Shown in pieces: positions 1 to 8,005 of a stretch of DNA of 30,708 nt. Source of the DNA: a virus (Duplodnaviria > Caudoviricetes). A program made the position numbers and the translations under genes. Where the stretch lies: positions 1 to 30,708 of IMG/VR virus record IMGVR_UViG_3300005611_000140; one strand, given 5' to 3'. Position 1 is the first letter of the stretch. The number at the start of each line of letters is the position of its first letter. The notes beneath the pieces were generated by a model. It was not told the DNA's origin. It searched no databases and saw only the letters and a list, made by a program, of their open reading frames with translations.

Positions 1-20
1 TTTCCCTTTTGTCTAATTAG

Positions 21-49
21 TTGACACCCAGATTAAGGGGCGTTAAGTT
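21..49 (+). promoter_or_regulatory. sigma70-type rightward promoter for the cro/replication operon
   Basis: TTGACA (21-26), 17 bp spacer, TAAGTT (44-49); GGAGG RBS at 61-65 downstream. Confidence 0.7.
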
Positions 50-58
50 AGTTGTCAA
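30..58 (-). promoter_or_regulatory. sigma70-type leftward promoter overlapping the rightward one
   Basis: Minus strand TTGACA (58-53), 17 bp spacer, TAATCT (35-30); purine-rich AAAAGGGAAA on the minus strand at 10-1 could be an RBS for a gene outside the window. Confidence 0.6.
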
Positions 59-69
59 TAGGAGGTGGT

Positions 70-240
70 ATGACACTTGAAGAAACAATTAGCTATTACG
101 GCAGCATTAAAACGATGGCTGACTCGCTCGGGATTAGCCGACAGACGGTCTACTTGTGGAAGGAGAAGGGCCGCATCCCTTTCGCCAGGCAAGCACAGAT
201 CGAGCTTGAAACCAAAGGAAAGCTGAAGGCAAGGCAATGA
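70..240 (+). CDS. Cro-like HTH transcriptional regulator
   Basis: 56 aa, YYGSIKTMADSLGISRQTVYLW..GRIP..RQAQIE..TKGKLKA pattern typical of Cro/YdaS; GGAGG RBS before ATG 70. Confidence 0.8.
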   Translation: MTLEETISYYGSIKTMADSLGISRQTVYLWKEKGRIPFARQAQIELETKGKLKARQ

Positions 241-380
241 GACGCGAGAAAGTGTTGAGGAAACTTAAAAGAGTGTACATCAAGATGTTGAGACATTACG
301 CGCTTCGACACATGGAAAAAGCGCATAAGCTAGAAGACAAGGCGATGATCCTTGAGTTCAGGCTAAAGGACAGTGAGTAA
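237..380 (+). CDS. small basic hypothetical protein (47 aa, not in ORF track)
   Basis: ATGA coupling to cro stop; MRREKVLRKLKRVYIKMLRHYALRHMEKAHKLEDKAMILEFRLKDSE. Confidence 0.6.
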   Translation: MRREKVLRKLKRVYIKMLRHYALRHMEKAHKLEDKAMILEFRLKDSE

Positions 381-407
381 TGCACCCGATATTTGGAAAG
401 AAGAAAG

Positions 408-797
408 ATGCCGATAAACAGCAGAACTAAAGGCGCGTCAGGTGAGCGCGAATGTATCAAAGCGATCTATGACCTGACTGGCATTGAGCTAAAGCGAAAC
501 TATTCGCAGACTGCCTTCGGCGGACATGACCTGATCGGGTTAGACGATTGGGCTATTGAGGTGAAGCGTTATGCCACGATAGAAACCTCAAGCAAAAAGA
601 ATTGGTGGCGACAGGCTGTTGATCAAGCCAAGCGCGTTCATAAGCGCCCTGTCGTCATTTACCGAGCAGACCGCCAACCTTGGCGCTGTATTGTGCAGTA
701 TCCGCTGCACGTTGAACTGTATGACATCGAAGACTTTCGGTGTACATGCGATGTTGACCTGGAGCTATTCTGTGGATGGCTTAGGGAAGAAATGTAA
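408..797 (+). CDS. PD-(D/E)xK nuclease, Holliday junction resolvase-like
   Basis: NSRTKGASGERE N-terminus, GGHDL, IEVKR, WWRQA, PVVIYRADRQPW. Confidence 0.75.
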   Translation: MPINSRTKGASGERECIKAIYDLTGIELKRNYSQTAFGGHDLIGLDDWAIEVKRYATIETSSKKNWWRQAVDQAKRVHKRPVVIYRADRQPWRCIVQYPLHVELYDIEDFRCTCDVDLELFCGWLREEM

Positions 798-807
798 CGA
801 GGAGAAA

Positions 808-1131
808 ATGATGGACTTCAAATTTATTGATCCGATGAACACAGATATTGTTTTGGATCATATCCCTAAATCTTGCTATCTAATAATCATGTCAGAGAAG
901 AAATATAAATCTGGAGATTTGAGAAATAGCGTTGGAGTGGTAGTCCCAGCATATATTTGTGAAACGGATTCTGGACAGGGATACAGAGTAGGATTTGGAG
1001 AAGGAGGATTGGAATACGCAGAAAGCGTTGCTGATGATCCTTATGTGATTGCCGCTTATTCAAATATGGATGATCTACACCGCTTCATGCAGACGCTTAC
1101 AAAAAACAAAGAATCAATCAAATTACATTAA
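808..1131 (+). CDS. hypothetical protein
   Basis: GAGGAG RBS before ATG 808; fills the gap in the operon. Confidence 0.65.
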   Translation: MMDFKFIDPMNTDIVLDHIPKSCYLIIMSEKKYKSGDLRNSVGVVVPAYICETDSGQGYRVGFGEGGLEYAESVADDPYVIAAYSNMDDLHRFMQTLTKNKESIKLH

Positions 1132-1141
1132 GGAGAAAACG

Positions 1142-1879
1142 ATGGACTTATCTCAAGTCAGCAAAGGCGGGAAAATGAAACCGCCAAGGATATTGATCTA
1201 TGGACAGGCAGGAATTGGAAAAACAACTTTTGGGGCGGCAGCGCCGAAGCCTATCTTCCTCCCTATTGAGGACGGACTTGGCAAGATCGAAGCAGATGCT
1301 TTCCCATGCCCGAAATCATACACAGAAGTGCGAGATTCACTTGATGCCCTTATCAAAGAGGATCACGACTACAAAACCATAGTGGTGGACTCACTGGATT
1401 GGCTAGAGCCGTTGATCTGGTCGCACACTTGTGATGCCAATGGTTACAAGACCATTGAGCAACCAGGCTACGGACGAGGCTATGTCGAAGCACTCAAGTA
1501 TTGGCGTGAGTTCTTAGATAGGCTGAACTATCTGCGTGACATGAAGGCGATGCAGACCATTCTGGTTGGGCATTCGATCATTCGTGAGTTCAAGTCGCCA
1601 GATACGGATGCGTTCGATCGCTATCAGATCAAGTTGCAACAAAAGGCTTCTGACCTTGTGTGCGAACATTCTGATGCGATACTCTTCGCCAACTATAAGA
1701 AATCAACCATGAAATCCGAATCGCGTGGCGGACAGAGGACACGAGCGATCGGAACTGGGGAACGTATCCTCTACACAGAGGAACGCCCCGCATGGTTGGC
1801 AAAGAATCGTTACGGGCTACCATCAGAGATGGAGCTTTCATACGATGCATTCCTCAAAGCATTAAAAGGAGAAAAGTAA
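1142..1879 (+). CDS. Sak4-like AAA_24 ATPase / recombinase
   Basis: Walker A GQAGIGKTT, IEDG, Walker B IVVDSLD, GYGRGY, AKNRY; AAGGAG RBS; adjacent to SSB. Confidence 0.85.
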   Translation: MDLSQVSKGGKMKPPRILIYGQAGIGKTTFGAAAPKPIFLPIEDGLGKIEADAFPCPKSYTEVRDSLDALIKEDHDYKTIVVDSLDWLEPLIWSHTCDANGYKTIEQPGYGRGYVEALKYWREFLDRLNYLRDMKAMQTILVGHSIIREFKSPDTDAFDRYQIKLQQKASDLVCEHSDAILFANYKKSTMKSESRGGQRTRAIGTGERILYTEERPAWLAKNRYGLPSEMELSYDAFLKALKGEK

Positions 1880-2385
1880 TGTTTGATGCAACTCAATATG
1901 TGTCGCAGAACACTGAATCTGCAACTGTCGATCGTTCACCTATCCCAGAAGGTAACTACGTTGCCAAGATGAGCGCGTTTGAACGTCGCGCCATGAAGTC
2001 TGGCAATGGTGAACTGCTAAACGTCGAGTTTACAGTAACCGTTGGTAGTGCGGCGCGTAAGTGCTGGCACAACTTCAACATGACGCACACCAACCCGAAG
2101 ACGGTTGAGATTGCGTTTCAGCAAATGGGCAATCTATGCATCGCTGCCGGTTACAATTCAATCCAAGATCCTTGGAATCCTGTTGAACTGATCGACAAGG
2201 AAGTTGAGGTCTACATCACTATTGATGATCGTGGCTATAACCAGATCAAGGCGTTCAAGGTGAAGGAGGTGAATCAGGTTGATGCAGGGCAAAAGCTGTA
2301 TGGCACGAACCCTGCTCAAGCGGCTCCGGCTCCGGCTCCGGCCCCCACTGATGATACAAATGTAGACGACTCGATACCCTTTTAA
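1879..2385 (+). CDS. DUF669-like single-stranded DNA-binding protein
   Basis: PIPEGNY, OB-fold-like strands, PA linker, acidic C-terminal tail DDSIPF; TAATG coupling. Confidence 0.8.
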   Translation: MFDATQYVSQNTESATVDRSPIPEGNYVAKMSAFERRAMKSGNGELLNVEFTVTVGSAARKCWHNFNMTHTNPKTVEIAFQQMGNLCIAAGYNSIQDPWNPVELIDKEVEVYITIDDRGYNQIKAFKVKEVNQVDAGQKLYGTNPAQAAPAPAPAPTDDTNVDDSIPF

Positions 2386-2386
2386 T

Positions 2387-2659
2387 ATGACCCAATTCAA
2401 CGACTTAGAAGCTGCTTTTGAGGAGTTGGAGTTTATGGTGGGATCGGAAGGTCGGTCCCACCGTATTATAAAAACGACAAAGGGCATGTATCGTGTTAGG
2501 CCACTTGACGGCTATGACGCGAAAGGGGAAATCATTTGTGAACTCAATATCAGAAATGTCGTGGGCGAGCGCATCCTCAACCTTCAGCGAGGCATTAAAT
2601 CTCAAAGGCGGCAGTCAGGAAAGAAAAGGTCCGTGTCCGGTATGCGGGGGAACGGATAG
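2387..2659 (+). CDS. hypothetical protein
   Basis: Starts 1 nt after SSB stop; 3' end overlaps the next gene by 104 nt. Confidence 0.5.
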   Translation: MTQFNDLEAAFEELEFMVGSEGRSHRIIKTTKGMYRVRPLDGYDAKGEIICELNIRNVVGERILNLQRGIKSQRRQSGKKRSVSGMRGNG

Positions 2660-3023
2660 ATTCTGGATTCGCCCAGGACACACCTTACCGATCATCTTTG
2701 GCTGTCGATCCGGATGTAGCTACTCAGACATCATGAAACAACTCGCTAATCGCGGGTTGGTCAAGAATGAAAAACTTACGAAAGAAGTGATCCATCAGTT
2801 TAAGATGGAAAGCCCAGTCCCGTATCAGTTGCACCTATGGGCGTTAATCGCCTTGGACATAGTGGCTGAAGAGGGCTGCGAAGAAGATGACATGGCGACG
2901 TTCTCGCAAGCGGTATCTGTCATCAAAAGAGCCAACAAGAATGGGGTGACTGCGATGGGCAGAGATTTCTTCTGGACCCACGCAGAAATGGTAGAGAAGG
3001 GATTAATCAATGAACGTATTTGA
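2556..3023 (+). CDS. primase-type zinc-binding domain protein (P4 alpha-like Zn ribbon)
   Basis: GPCPVCGGTDRF...CRSGC; no TOPRIM or AEP motif recognised; start uncertain. Confidence 0.7.
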   Translation: MSWASASSTFSEALNLKGGSQERKGPCPVCGGTDRFWIRPGHTLPIIFGCRSGCSYSDIMKQLANRGLVKNEKLTKEVIHQFKMESPVPYQLHLWALIALDIVAEEGCEEDDMATFSQAVSVIKRANKNGVTAMGRDFFWTHAEMVEKGLINERI

Positions 3024-4125
3024 CTTCGACAAAGAACTAGAAAGAGTCAATGAATATGAAGAATACGCGGCTGAACAGCCGGAGAATCTGTATCCCATAG
3101 AGGACTGGGACATGCAGATCACAATGCCAACGTGGACACTGGATCGGCTGATACCCGCTAGGTCGATTGGCATGTTGTTTGGACCGTCCAACTCAGGGAA
3201 ATCGCATCTGATCTGTGATGTGATCACTTCGATGATGGTTGGCGATACACGCTGGCAGAATCACGACATGCAGTCGGGCGATGTGGTGCTGTTCTCGGAG
3301 GCACAGGGACACATTCTGGCGCGTTTAAAGGCTTATCTAGGATACAAGGGTAAAGCGAAGATAAACGCCCTATATGCGCTTCCTACGAAGGCGCTAGAAA
3401 CTCATCAGGTGGAATCTTTGGGTAAATGGATGCAGCGTTTGCCGAATCCGCCAATGATGATGGTGTTTGATACCTTGGCGACCATGTTTTCGTTTGAGGA
3501 GAATGACAATAAGGAGGCGTCCAAGCTGATTAAGCAGATCGAGGATCATCTTGTACCGAATCTGCATCCAACGGGCTGTATCGTGATCGTGCATCACACA
3601 AGCAAGGCATCCGAAGGTCGTTCCGCCAGAGGAGCGTCTGCGTTGATCGGGAACATCGACTGGTCGATCAATGTGCAGTGGGAGAAGGACATTGAGAAGA
3701 CCGTCGCGCGATGGGATAAGGATCGTTGGCGTTTGATGAATGAATCGCCACAGTGGGCGGGTCAGGCGCATCGTGTGCCGGTGAATTTCACTAATGGTCA
3801 GGCTGACATCATGATCCTAGACTGGGAAGAGTTTAGCGAGGATGCCGTGGCCGTGGCGAAGGAACTGCAAAAGGAGGTGCAGTTGGATGCAATGAAAGCC
3901 AAGGTTGCTGAAACGATTCGGAAAGCGACACATGATGTGTACATTCAATCCAACAGCCAAGCCAAAACGCCAATCGGGGTCGTTCCTTTCCGACTGATCG
4001 ACATCGTTCGGGATACGAAGATGGTTTCGCCAATGGTTGATTATGTGAAGGACAGTTTCCAGTTTGAAACGGTTTACACCAAGCGCGGAACTGAGTGGGG
4101 AATCAAAATAGTCGGTGGTCAATAA
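3010..4125 (+). CDS. RepA/AAA_25-type SF4 replicative helicase
   Basis: Walker A GPSNSGKS, Walker B MVFDTL, ENDN, IVHHTSK, ARGASAL. Confidence 0.85.
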   Translation: MNVFDFDKELERVNEYEEYAAEQPENLYPIEDWDMQITMPTWTLDRLIPARSIGMLFGPSNSGKSHLICDVITSMMVGDTRWQNHDMQSGDVVLFSEAQGHILARLKAYLGYKGKAKINALYALPTKALETHQVESLGKWMQRLPNPPMMMVFDTLATMFSFEENDNKEASKLIKQIEDHLVPNLHPTGCIVIVHHTSKASEGRSARGASALIGNIDWSINVQWEKDIEKTVARWDKDRWRLMNESPQWAGQAHRVPVNFTNGQADIMILDWEEFSEDAVAVAKELQKEVQLDAMKAKVAETIRKATHDVYIQSNSQAKTPIGVVPFRLIDIVRDTKMVSPMVDYVKDSFQFETVYTKRGTEWGIKIVGGQ

Positions 4126-4129
4126 AAAA

Positions 4130-4282
4130 GTAGTTGGTGGTGATTTCCCTATATATATATACCACCAACTACCTTTTTTTTAGATGTTTTAAGTGGGTCT
4201 ATAAAGGTAGTTAGTAGTAGGTTAGGGAGCTTAATGCTCCCTTTAACCTACGACCAACTCCTGTCTTTAAGACCCACTAAAA
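4130..4282. repeat. two adjacent inverted repeats, putative replication origin
   Basis: Perfect 12 bp arms GTAGTTGGTGGT (4130-4141)/ACCACCAACTAC (4161-4172) around an (AT)n loop; ~45 bp imperfect arms ~4187-4230 / 4236-4282. Confidence 0.6.
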
Positions 4283-4294
4283 GTTGAGGAAGAT

Positions 4295-4558
4295 ATGAAG
4301 CAAGCAGCAAGAACATACGACACGCCGGTACTGGCGATGATAAAGGCACTGAATGCACATGTTGGCGAAGAGATTACCCTTGGCGAGTTGAGGGACGACT
4401 GGTACTTCCATCTGGCGCATAAAGATGACAATCGGTTCGTGTACTGGCTCGATGAGACGATGGAATTAGTCAATGACAATGTAAATATTATTTACAAACC
4501 CAGTCCAGGTTGGTATACAGAGGTCAGGTTCTTTGTAAGTAGGGAGATAGAATTATGA
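4295..4558 (+). CDS. hypothetical protein
   Basis: GAGGA RBS, 87 aa ORF. Confidence 0.6.
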   Translation: MKQAARTYDTPVLAMIKALNAHVGEEITLGELRDDWYFHLAHKDDNRFVYWLDETMELVNDNVNIIYKPSPGWYTEVRFFVSREIEL

Positions 4559-4719
4559 TGAATTATTACAACGTGTTTGAAGACGGAAAGTATGTGACTG
4601 TTGTCAAAGCGATTTCACAAAAGGATGCTTGTAAACAGGTATACATGAAGCGTGGTAGCGCATCGCGTTATAGCGGGAAAAGTATTGATAACTATAAAGC
4701 GGAAAAGGTTAATTTGTGA
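4555..4719 (+). CDS. small hypothetical protein (54 aa, not in ORF track)
   Basis: GGGAG RBS; ATGA overlap upstream, GTGA overlap downstream; MMNYYNVFEDGKYVTVVKAISQKDACKQVYMK... Confidence 0.6.
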   Translation: MMNYYNVFEDGKYVTVVKAISQKDACKQVYMKRGSASRYSGKSIDNYKAEKVNL

Positions 4720-5786
4720 GATACGGATCAGTCTGCTCTGTCGTAGAAGCTGCAAGCATGGCTTGGGAGCCGTTAGGTTGGGAGCCGGTATTCTTTAGTG
4801 AGGTTGATGAGTTTCCGTCTGAAGTTTTAAAACAACATTGGCCTGATGTGCAGAATCATGGCGATATGACAAAGTTTGAGGAGTGGGGTTATGAAAGAGG
4901 AGCAATTGACGTTTTGGTCGGAGGAACGCCCTGCCAGTCGTTCTCTATTGCAGGAATGCGAGGAGGGCTTGAAGATGATCGGGGAAATCTCGCGCTCACT
5001 TATATGCGAATGGTTGACCAGTTACGTCCTCGATGGACAGTCTGGGAAAACGTCCCTGGCGTCTTGTCATCAAACGGAGGACGGGACTTTGGTTCCATCG
5101 TCGGGGCGTTGGCTGAACTCGGGTATAGCTGTGCATGGAGAGTGTTGGACGCTCAAAACTTCGGAGTCCCACAGCGACGCAGAAGAGTGTTTCTTGTCGG
5201 ATGTTCTTCAGGAGATTGGCGCGATCCATCCACGGTACTATTTGAGCAGTCGTGCGGCACAAGGGATTTTGAAAAGGGCAGAGAAAAGAAACAAAAATCT
5301 ACCGAAAGTTCTTTACGATGCTTTGCAGGAAATATCGAATCAGAGATAGCTGCGACATTGCAGACAACAATGCATGACTACAGTATAGCAGATGGCTTCA
5401 ATACAGTAGTTCATGGAACACAAGACCCAATTGTCAGTAAAAAAGCTCATGCATTAGGATTGAATGGTGGGCAGGAGAATGTCTTGTGTTTCGAGCCTAG
5501 ATCGCAAGACGGGGTTCCTAGGATACATAGCACTGTTAGTCCCACTCTCAATACAGCGCAAGGTGGTCAGCGTCAACCATGTTTTGTACAACCGCCGGAA
5601 GTCAGGAGGTTGACACCTGTAGAGGCAGAAAGACTTCAGGGGTTCCCGGATAATCACACAAACATTCCGTGGAGAAGCAAACAGGAAGCTCCAGATTCAC
5701 ATCGATACAAAGCTATGGGAAACTCGATGGCAGTTCCAGTAATGCGTTGGATCGGTCAAAGGATTCAGGAGGTCGAAGATGGCTGA
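4716..5786 (+). CDS. orphan C5 cytosine DNA methyltransferase
   Basis: Motif IV GGTPCQSFS, VI WENV, VIII QRRRRVF, IX RRLTPVEAERLQGFPD, X MGNSMAVPV. Confidence 0.92.
   Translation: MRYGSVCSVVEAASMAWEPLGWEPVFFSEVDEFPSEVLKQHWPDVQNHGDMTKFEEWGYERGAIDVLVGGTPCQSFSIAGMRGGLEDDRGNLALTYMRMVDQLRPRWTVWENVPGVLSSNGGRDFGSIVGALAELGYSCAWRVLDAQNFGVPQRRRRVFLVGCSSGDWRDPSTVLFEQSCGTRDFEKGREKKQKSTESSLRCFAGNIESEIAATLQTTMHDYSIADGFNTVVHGTQDPIVSKKAHALGLNGGQENVLCFEPRSQDGVPRIHSTVSPTLNTAQGGQRQPCFVQPPEVRRLTPVEAERLQGFPDNHTNIPWRSKQEAPDSHRYKAMGNSMAVPVMRWIGQRIQEVEDG
4891..5349 (+). CDS. nested alternative-frame protein inside the methyltransferase (beta-polypeptide-like)
   Basis: GAGGAG at 4878-4883 before ATG 4891; 152 codons open; C-terminal LSDVLQ...RYYLSSRAAQGILKRAEKRNKNLP..LYDAL. 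Confidence 0.6.
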   Translation: MKEEQLTFWSEERPASRSLLQECEEGLKMIGEISRSLICEWLTSYVLDGQSGKTSLASCHQTEDGTLVPSSGRWLNSGIAVHGECWTLKTSESHSDAEECFLSDVLQEIGAIHPRYYLSSRAAQGILKRAEKRNKNLPKVLYDALQEISNQR

Positions 5787-5997
5787 CTATTACACCGGCA
5801 CTTGGCTAGAAGATGATGGCGAAGATGGTTACATAGAGCATCATGTGAAGTGGGCAAAGTACAGGGCGAGCCAGACTGAGCCTGAAGAGTGGATTCTGAT
5901 GGAGGTCGATGGCGAAGAAGAGCATCGGTGCGACGAGGATAAGTGGGCCGCTGCGGAGAAAGCGTTTGGCGATACGGTTTTAAGGTATGCCGGTTAG
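5779..5997 (+). CDS. acidic hypothetical protein
   Basis: AGGAGG RBS, overlaps MTase stop. Confidence 0.65.
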   Translation: MADYYTGTWLEDDGEDGYIEHHVKWAKYRASQTEPEEWILMEVDGEEEHRCDEDKWAAAEKAFGDTVLRYAG

Positions 5998-6074
5998 CCT
6001 AGCCATTTCTGGCTTAGTTATTTACATCGTAATTTGTGTGTACACATTATATGTACTTTCACAGTGGAGGAAGC

Positions 6075-6320
6075 ATGATGACTGATTTGACAGAGTTAGC
6101 TGAAGGCCACAGACAGTCTTTTGCTAGGGTGGTTAGCCGGTGGGCTGAAGGTGAAGAGGTGCAGTTCAAGGTTCGTCCTGGCGCGACTCCTTACGGTTCG
6201 TCAGACGACTGGCATCCGATGGAGAACCCTTGGTTCCATCCCAACTTCACATACCGCGTGTTGAGCGAAGTAGAGAAGCTGAACCTCATGTCAGAGATGC
6301 ACGAAGGCTACGACGATTAA
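6075..6320 (+). CDS. hypothetical phage protein
   Basis: GGAGG RBS before ATG 6075; W..GEEVQF...W....P.F.P...YRV pattern. Confidence 0.65.
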   Translation: MMTDLTELAEGHRQSFARVVSRWAEGEEVQFKVRPGATPYGSSDDWHPMENPWFHPNFTYRVLSEVEKLNLMSEMHEGYDD

Positions 6321-6322
6321 CG

Positions 6323-6364
6323 TATCCCACGGTGGTACAATATTCTTAATGTATCCCACGGAGG
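6323..6364. repeat. two TATCCCACGG(T/A)GG boxes overlapping a TGnTACAAT extended -10 and the RBS
   Basis: Copies at 6323 and 6352; TGGTACAAT at 6333-6341; GGAGG at 6360-6364. Confidence 0.7.
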
Positions 6365-6368
6365 TCGT

Positions 6369-7163
6369 ATGGCTGTTAAGTTCAACATCAGCGCATCAAG
6401 CACCAAGCCCCTGATCGACAAGTTCCCCTACTTATTCAAGTATGCGGTGTCGACTGCGCTTAATGACACAGCGTTTGATGCGAAGAAGCGCCTTGCGGAA
6501 CATGCCAAGCGAGTCTTCAACAATCCAAGACCGATGACGATCAATTCGGGGTACGTTTATAACAAGTCAACGCCGGAAACATTGCGAGCAAAGATCGGTC
6601 TAAAAGACTTTTTGCCTAAAGGCACTGATCCAGAAATTTATTTGCGTCCACAGATTTATGGTGGCGGTCGCGCTCAGAAGCGATTTGAAAAAGCATTGAT
6701 CCGAAAGTTTCCTGCATTTGGTCGCAGCGCTTACTTTGTACCAGCAATGCAAAACACAGAGTTTTTAGATCGATATGGCGATTTAAGAGGGAGCCTAGTA
6801 ACTCAGATGCTTTCGCACTTACAGGCATTTCCAGAACAAGGATATAAGGGAAATATCAAGAACCCAAAAAAGGCACTTTATTTCCCAGTCATTCGTCGTG
6901 GCGATTATGGGATGCTTCATCCTGGCATCTACAAGCGAGATGCTTTAGGCAGTGAAAACTTCAAGGCTGTTGTCTATGCAGTCAAGAAAGAACCGCAATA
7001 CCGCAAGCGATTCTTCTACTTTGAAACAGTAGAGAAATCAGCAAGACTTACCTTCCCCGTCAGCTTTTCACGAAGATTCCAGGCGATGGCTCTGAAAAGA
7101 ATCCGCGAATATAATTTGGCAACAAAATCTTCTCGATCGACAATCGTTCGTCCGCTTCCTTAA
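6369..7163 (+). CDS. basic virion morphogenesis protein, gpZ/tail-completion-like
   Basis: AVSTALNDTAFDAKKRL...FNNPRPMTINS, YLRPQIYGGGR, PGIY, PQYRKRF; the tail operon lacks a gene at the gpZ position. Confidence 0.5.
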   Translation: MAVKFNISASSTKPLIDKFPYLFKYAVSTALNDTAFDAKKRLAEHAKRVFNNPRPMTINSGYVYNKSTPETLRAKIGLKDFLPKGTDPEIYLRPQIYGGGRAQKRFEKALIRKFPAFGRSAYFVPAMQNTEFLDRYGDLRGSLVTQMLSHLQAFPEQGYKGNIKNPKKALYFPVIRRGDYGMLHPGIYKRDALGSENFKAVVYAVKKEPQYRKRFFYFETVEKSARLTFPVSFSRRFQAMALKRIREYNLATKSSRSTIVRPLP

Positions 7164-7165
7164 TG

Positions 7166-7253
7166 TATCCCACGGTGGGTTGACTTAACGTATCCCATAG
7201 TGGGGGTGTTATTTACTATCCCACGGTGGGTCTATTTACTATCCCACGGTGGG
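7166..7253. repeat. four tandem TATCCCAYRGTGGG palindromic boxes
   Basis: Copies at 7166, 7191, 7217, 7240 (spacing 25, 26, 23 bp); core CCCAC-G-GTGGG. Confidence 0.9.
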
Positions 7254-7254
7254 T

Positions 7255-7445
7255 GATCAAAAATTGACCAGCGTTATGTTCGATCGGATATAGCGCAAAA
7301 TTTGTACAGGTCAAAAATTGTACAGGTCAAAATTTGTACAGTACAAAAAATGATCAGGTCAAAAATTGAACAGCGTTGTATACAAATCGATATAGCGCAA
7401 AAATTGAACAGTATAAAAATTGAACAGCGCAAAAGTTATACAGCG
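7255..7445. repeat. array of nine Fis-consensus-like 15-mers with 16 bp and 38 bp periods
   Basis: GnnYAwwwwwTRnnC at 7255, 7293, 7309, 7325, 7341, 7357, 7395, 7411, 7427 (e.g. GGTCAAAAATTGAAC). Confidence 0.85.
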
Positions 7446-7450
7446 CGATA

Positions 7451-7530
7451 TTGTGTGCAATGCACAAAGCATATAATACTAAAGTATATGTAAACTTTCT
7501 TGACACAATACCAGGTTTTATTGCTTAATA
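7451..7530 (+). promoter_or_regulatory. AT-rich promoter region for the small-gene island
   Basis: TATAAT at 7472-7477; TTGACA at 7500-7505 with CTTAAT at 7524-7529; exact -35/-10 pairing uncertain. Confidence 0.5.
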
Positions 7531-7576
7531 GTCACAAGCGCATAGGGGCGCTTTTATATATAAAGAGGGATAAACA

Positions 7577-8005
7577 ATGTTGAACTTGAGAAAATACCAA
7601 AATATGTACATCAAACCTAAAGCTGATGCGCAACACAATTTACGCGGCCGCACGTTTTATGTTGACGACGACACACTTAAGTATCACAAGGCGCGCATAT
7701 TAAACAGCGCGCCAGCTTGTGACGGCCTGGTGTATTGGATTATCGAATCATACGCAAAAGACTACGAAAACAGCGCGCGCGCTTTTCGGCCTGTTGCTTT
7801 CAATATACTTGGTGACATTGTGTACCGCGTAAACCTTGAAGAGGGATTCAAAACGGAAAAAGCAGCGCGCCTTGCGCTTGACTTTTTCTTGGATAGTTTC
7901 GACGCGGTAGGACAAACAAAAGGCGCGCTCGAATGGTACAAAATACAAGAAAACCGGCGCATCAATGAGTGCCTAGCGGAATATTGCGGAGTCGAGCATG
8001 CTTGA
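7577..8005 (+). CDS. hypothetical early phage protein
   Basis: AAAGAGGGATAAACAATG leader; 142 aa. Confidence 0.75.
   Translation: MLNLRKYQNMYIKPKADAQHNLRGRTFYVDDDTLKYHKARILNSAPACDGLVYWIIESYAKDYENSARAFRPVAFNILGDIVYRVNLEEGFKTEKAARLALDFFLDSFDAVGQTKGALEWYKIQENRRINECLAEYCGVEHA

Noticed and set aside
2322-2345. (CCGGCT)n microrepeat
   Set aside because: Encodes the Pro-Ala linker of the SSB
7166-7445. Repeat arrays as a CRISPR or mini-CRISPR array
   Set aside because: Repeats are 14-16 bp, degenerate, with no unique 25-40 bp spacers and no cas genes
7302-7493. 63 aa ORF across the left repeat array
   Set aside because: Translation of the non-coding repeat; TTG start without RBS
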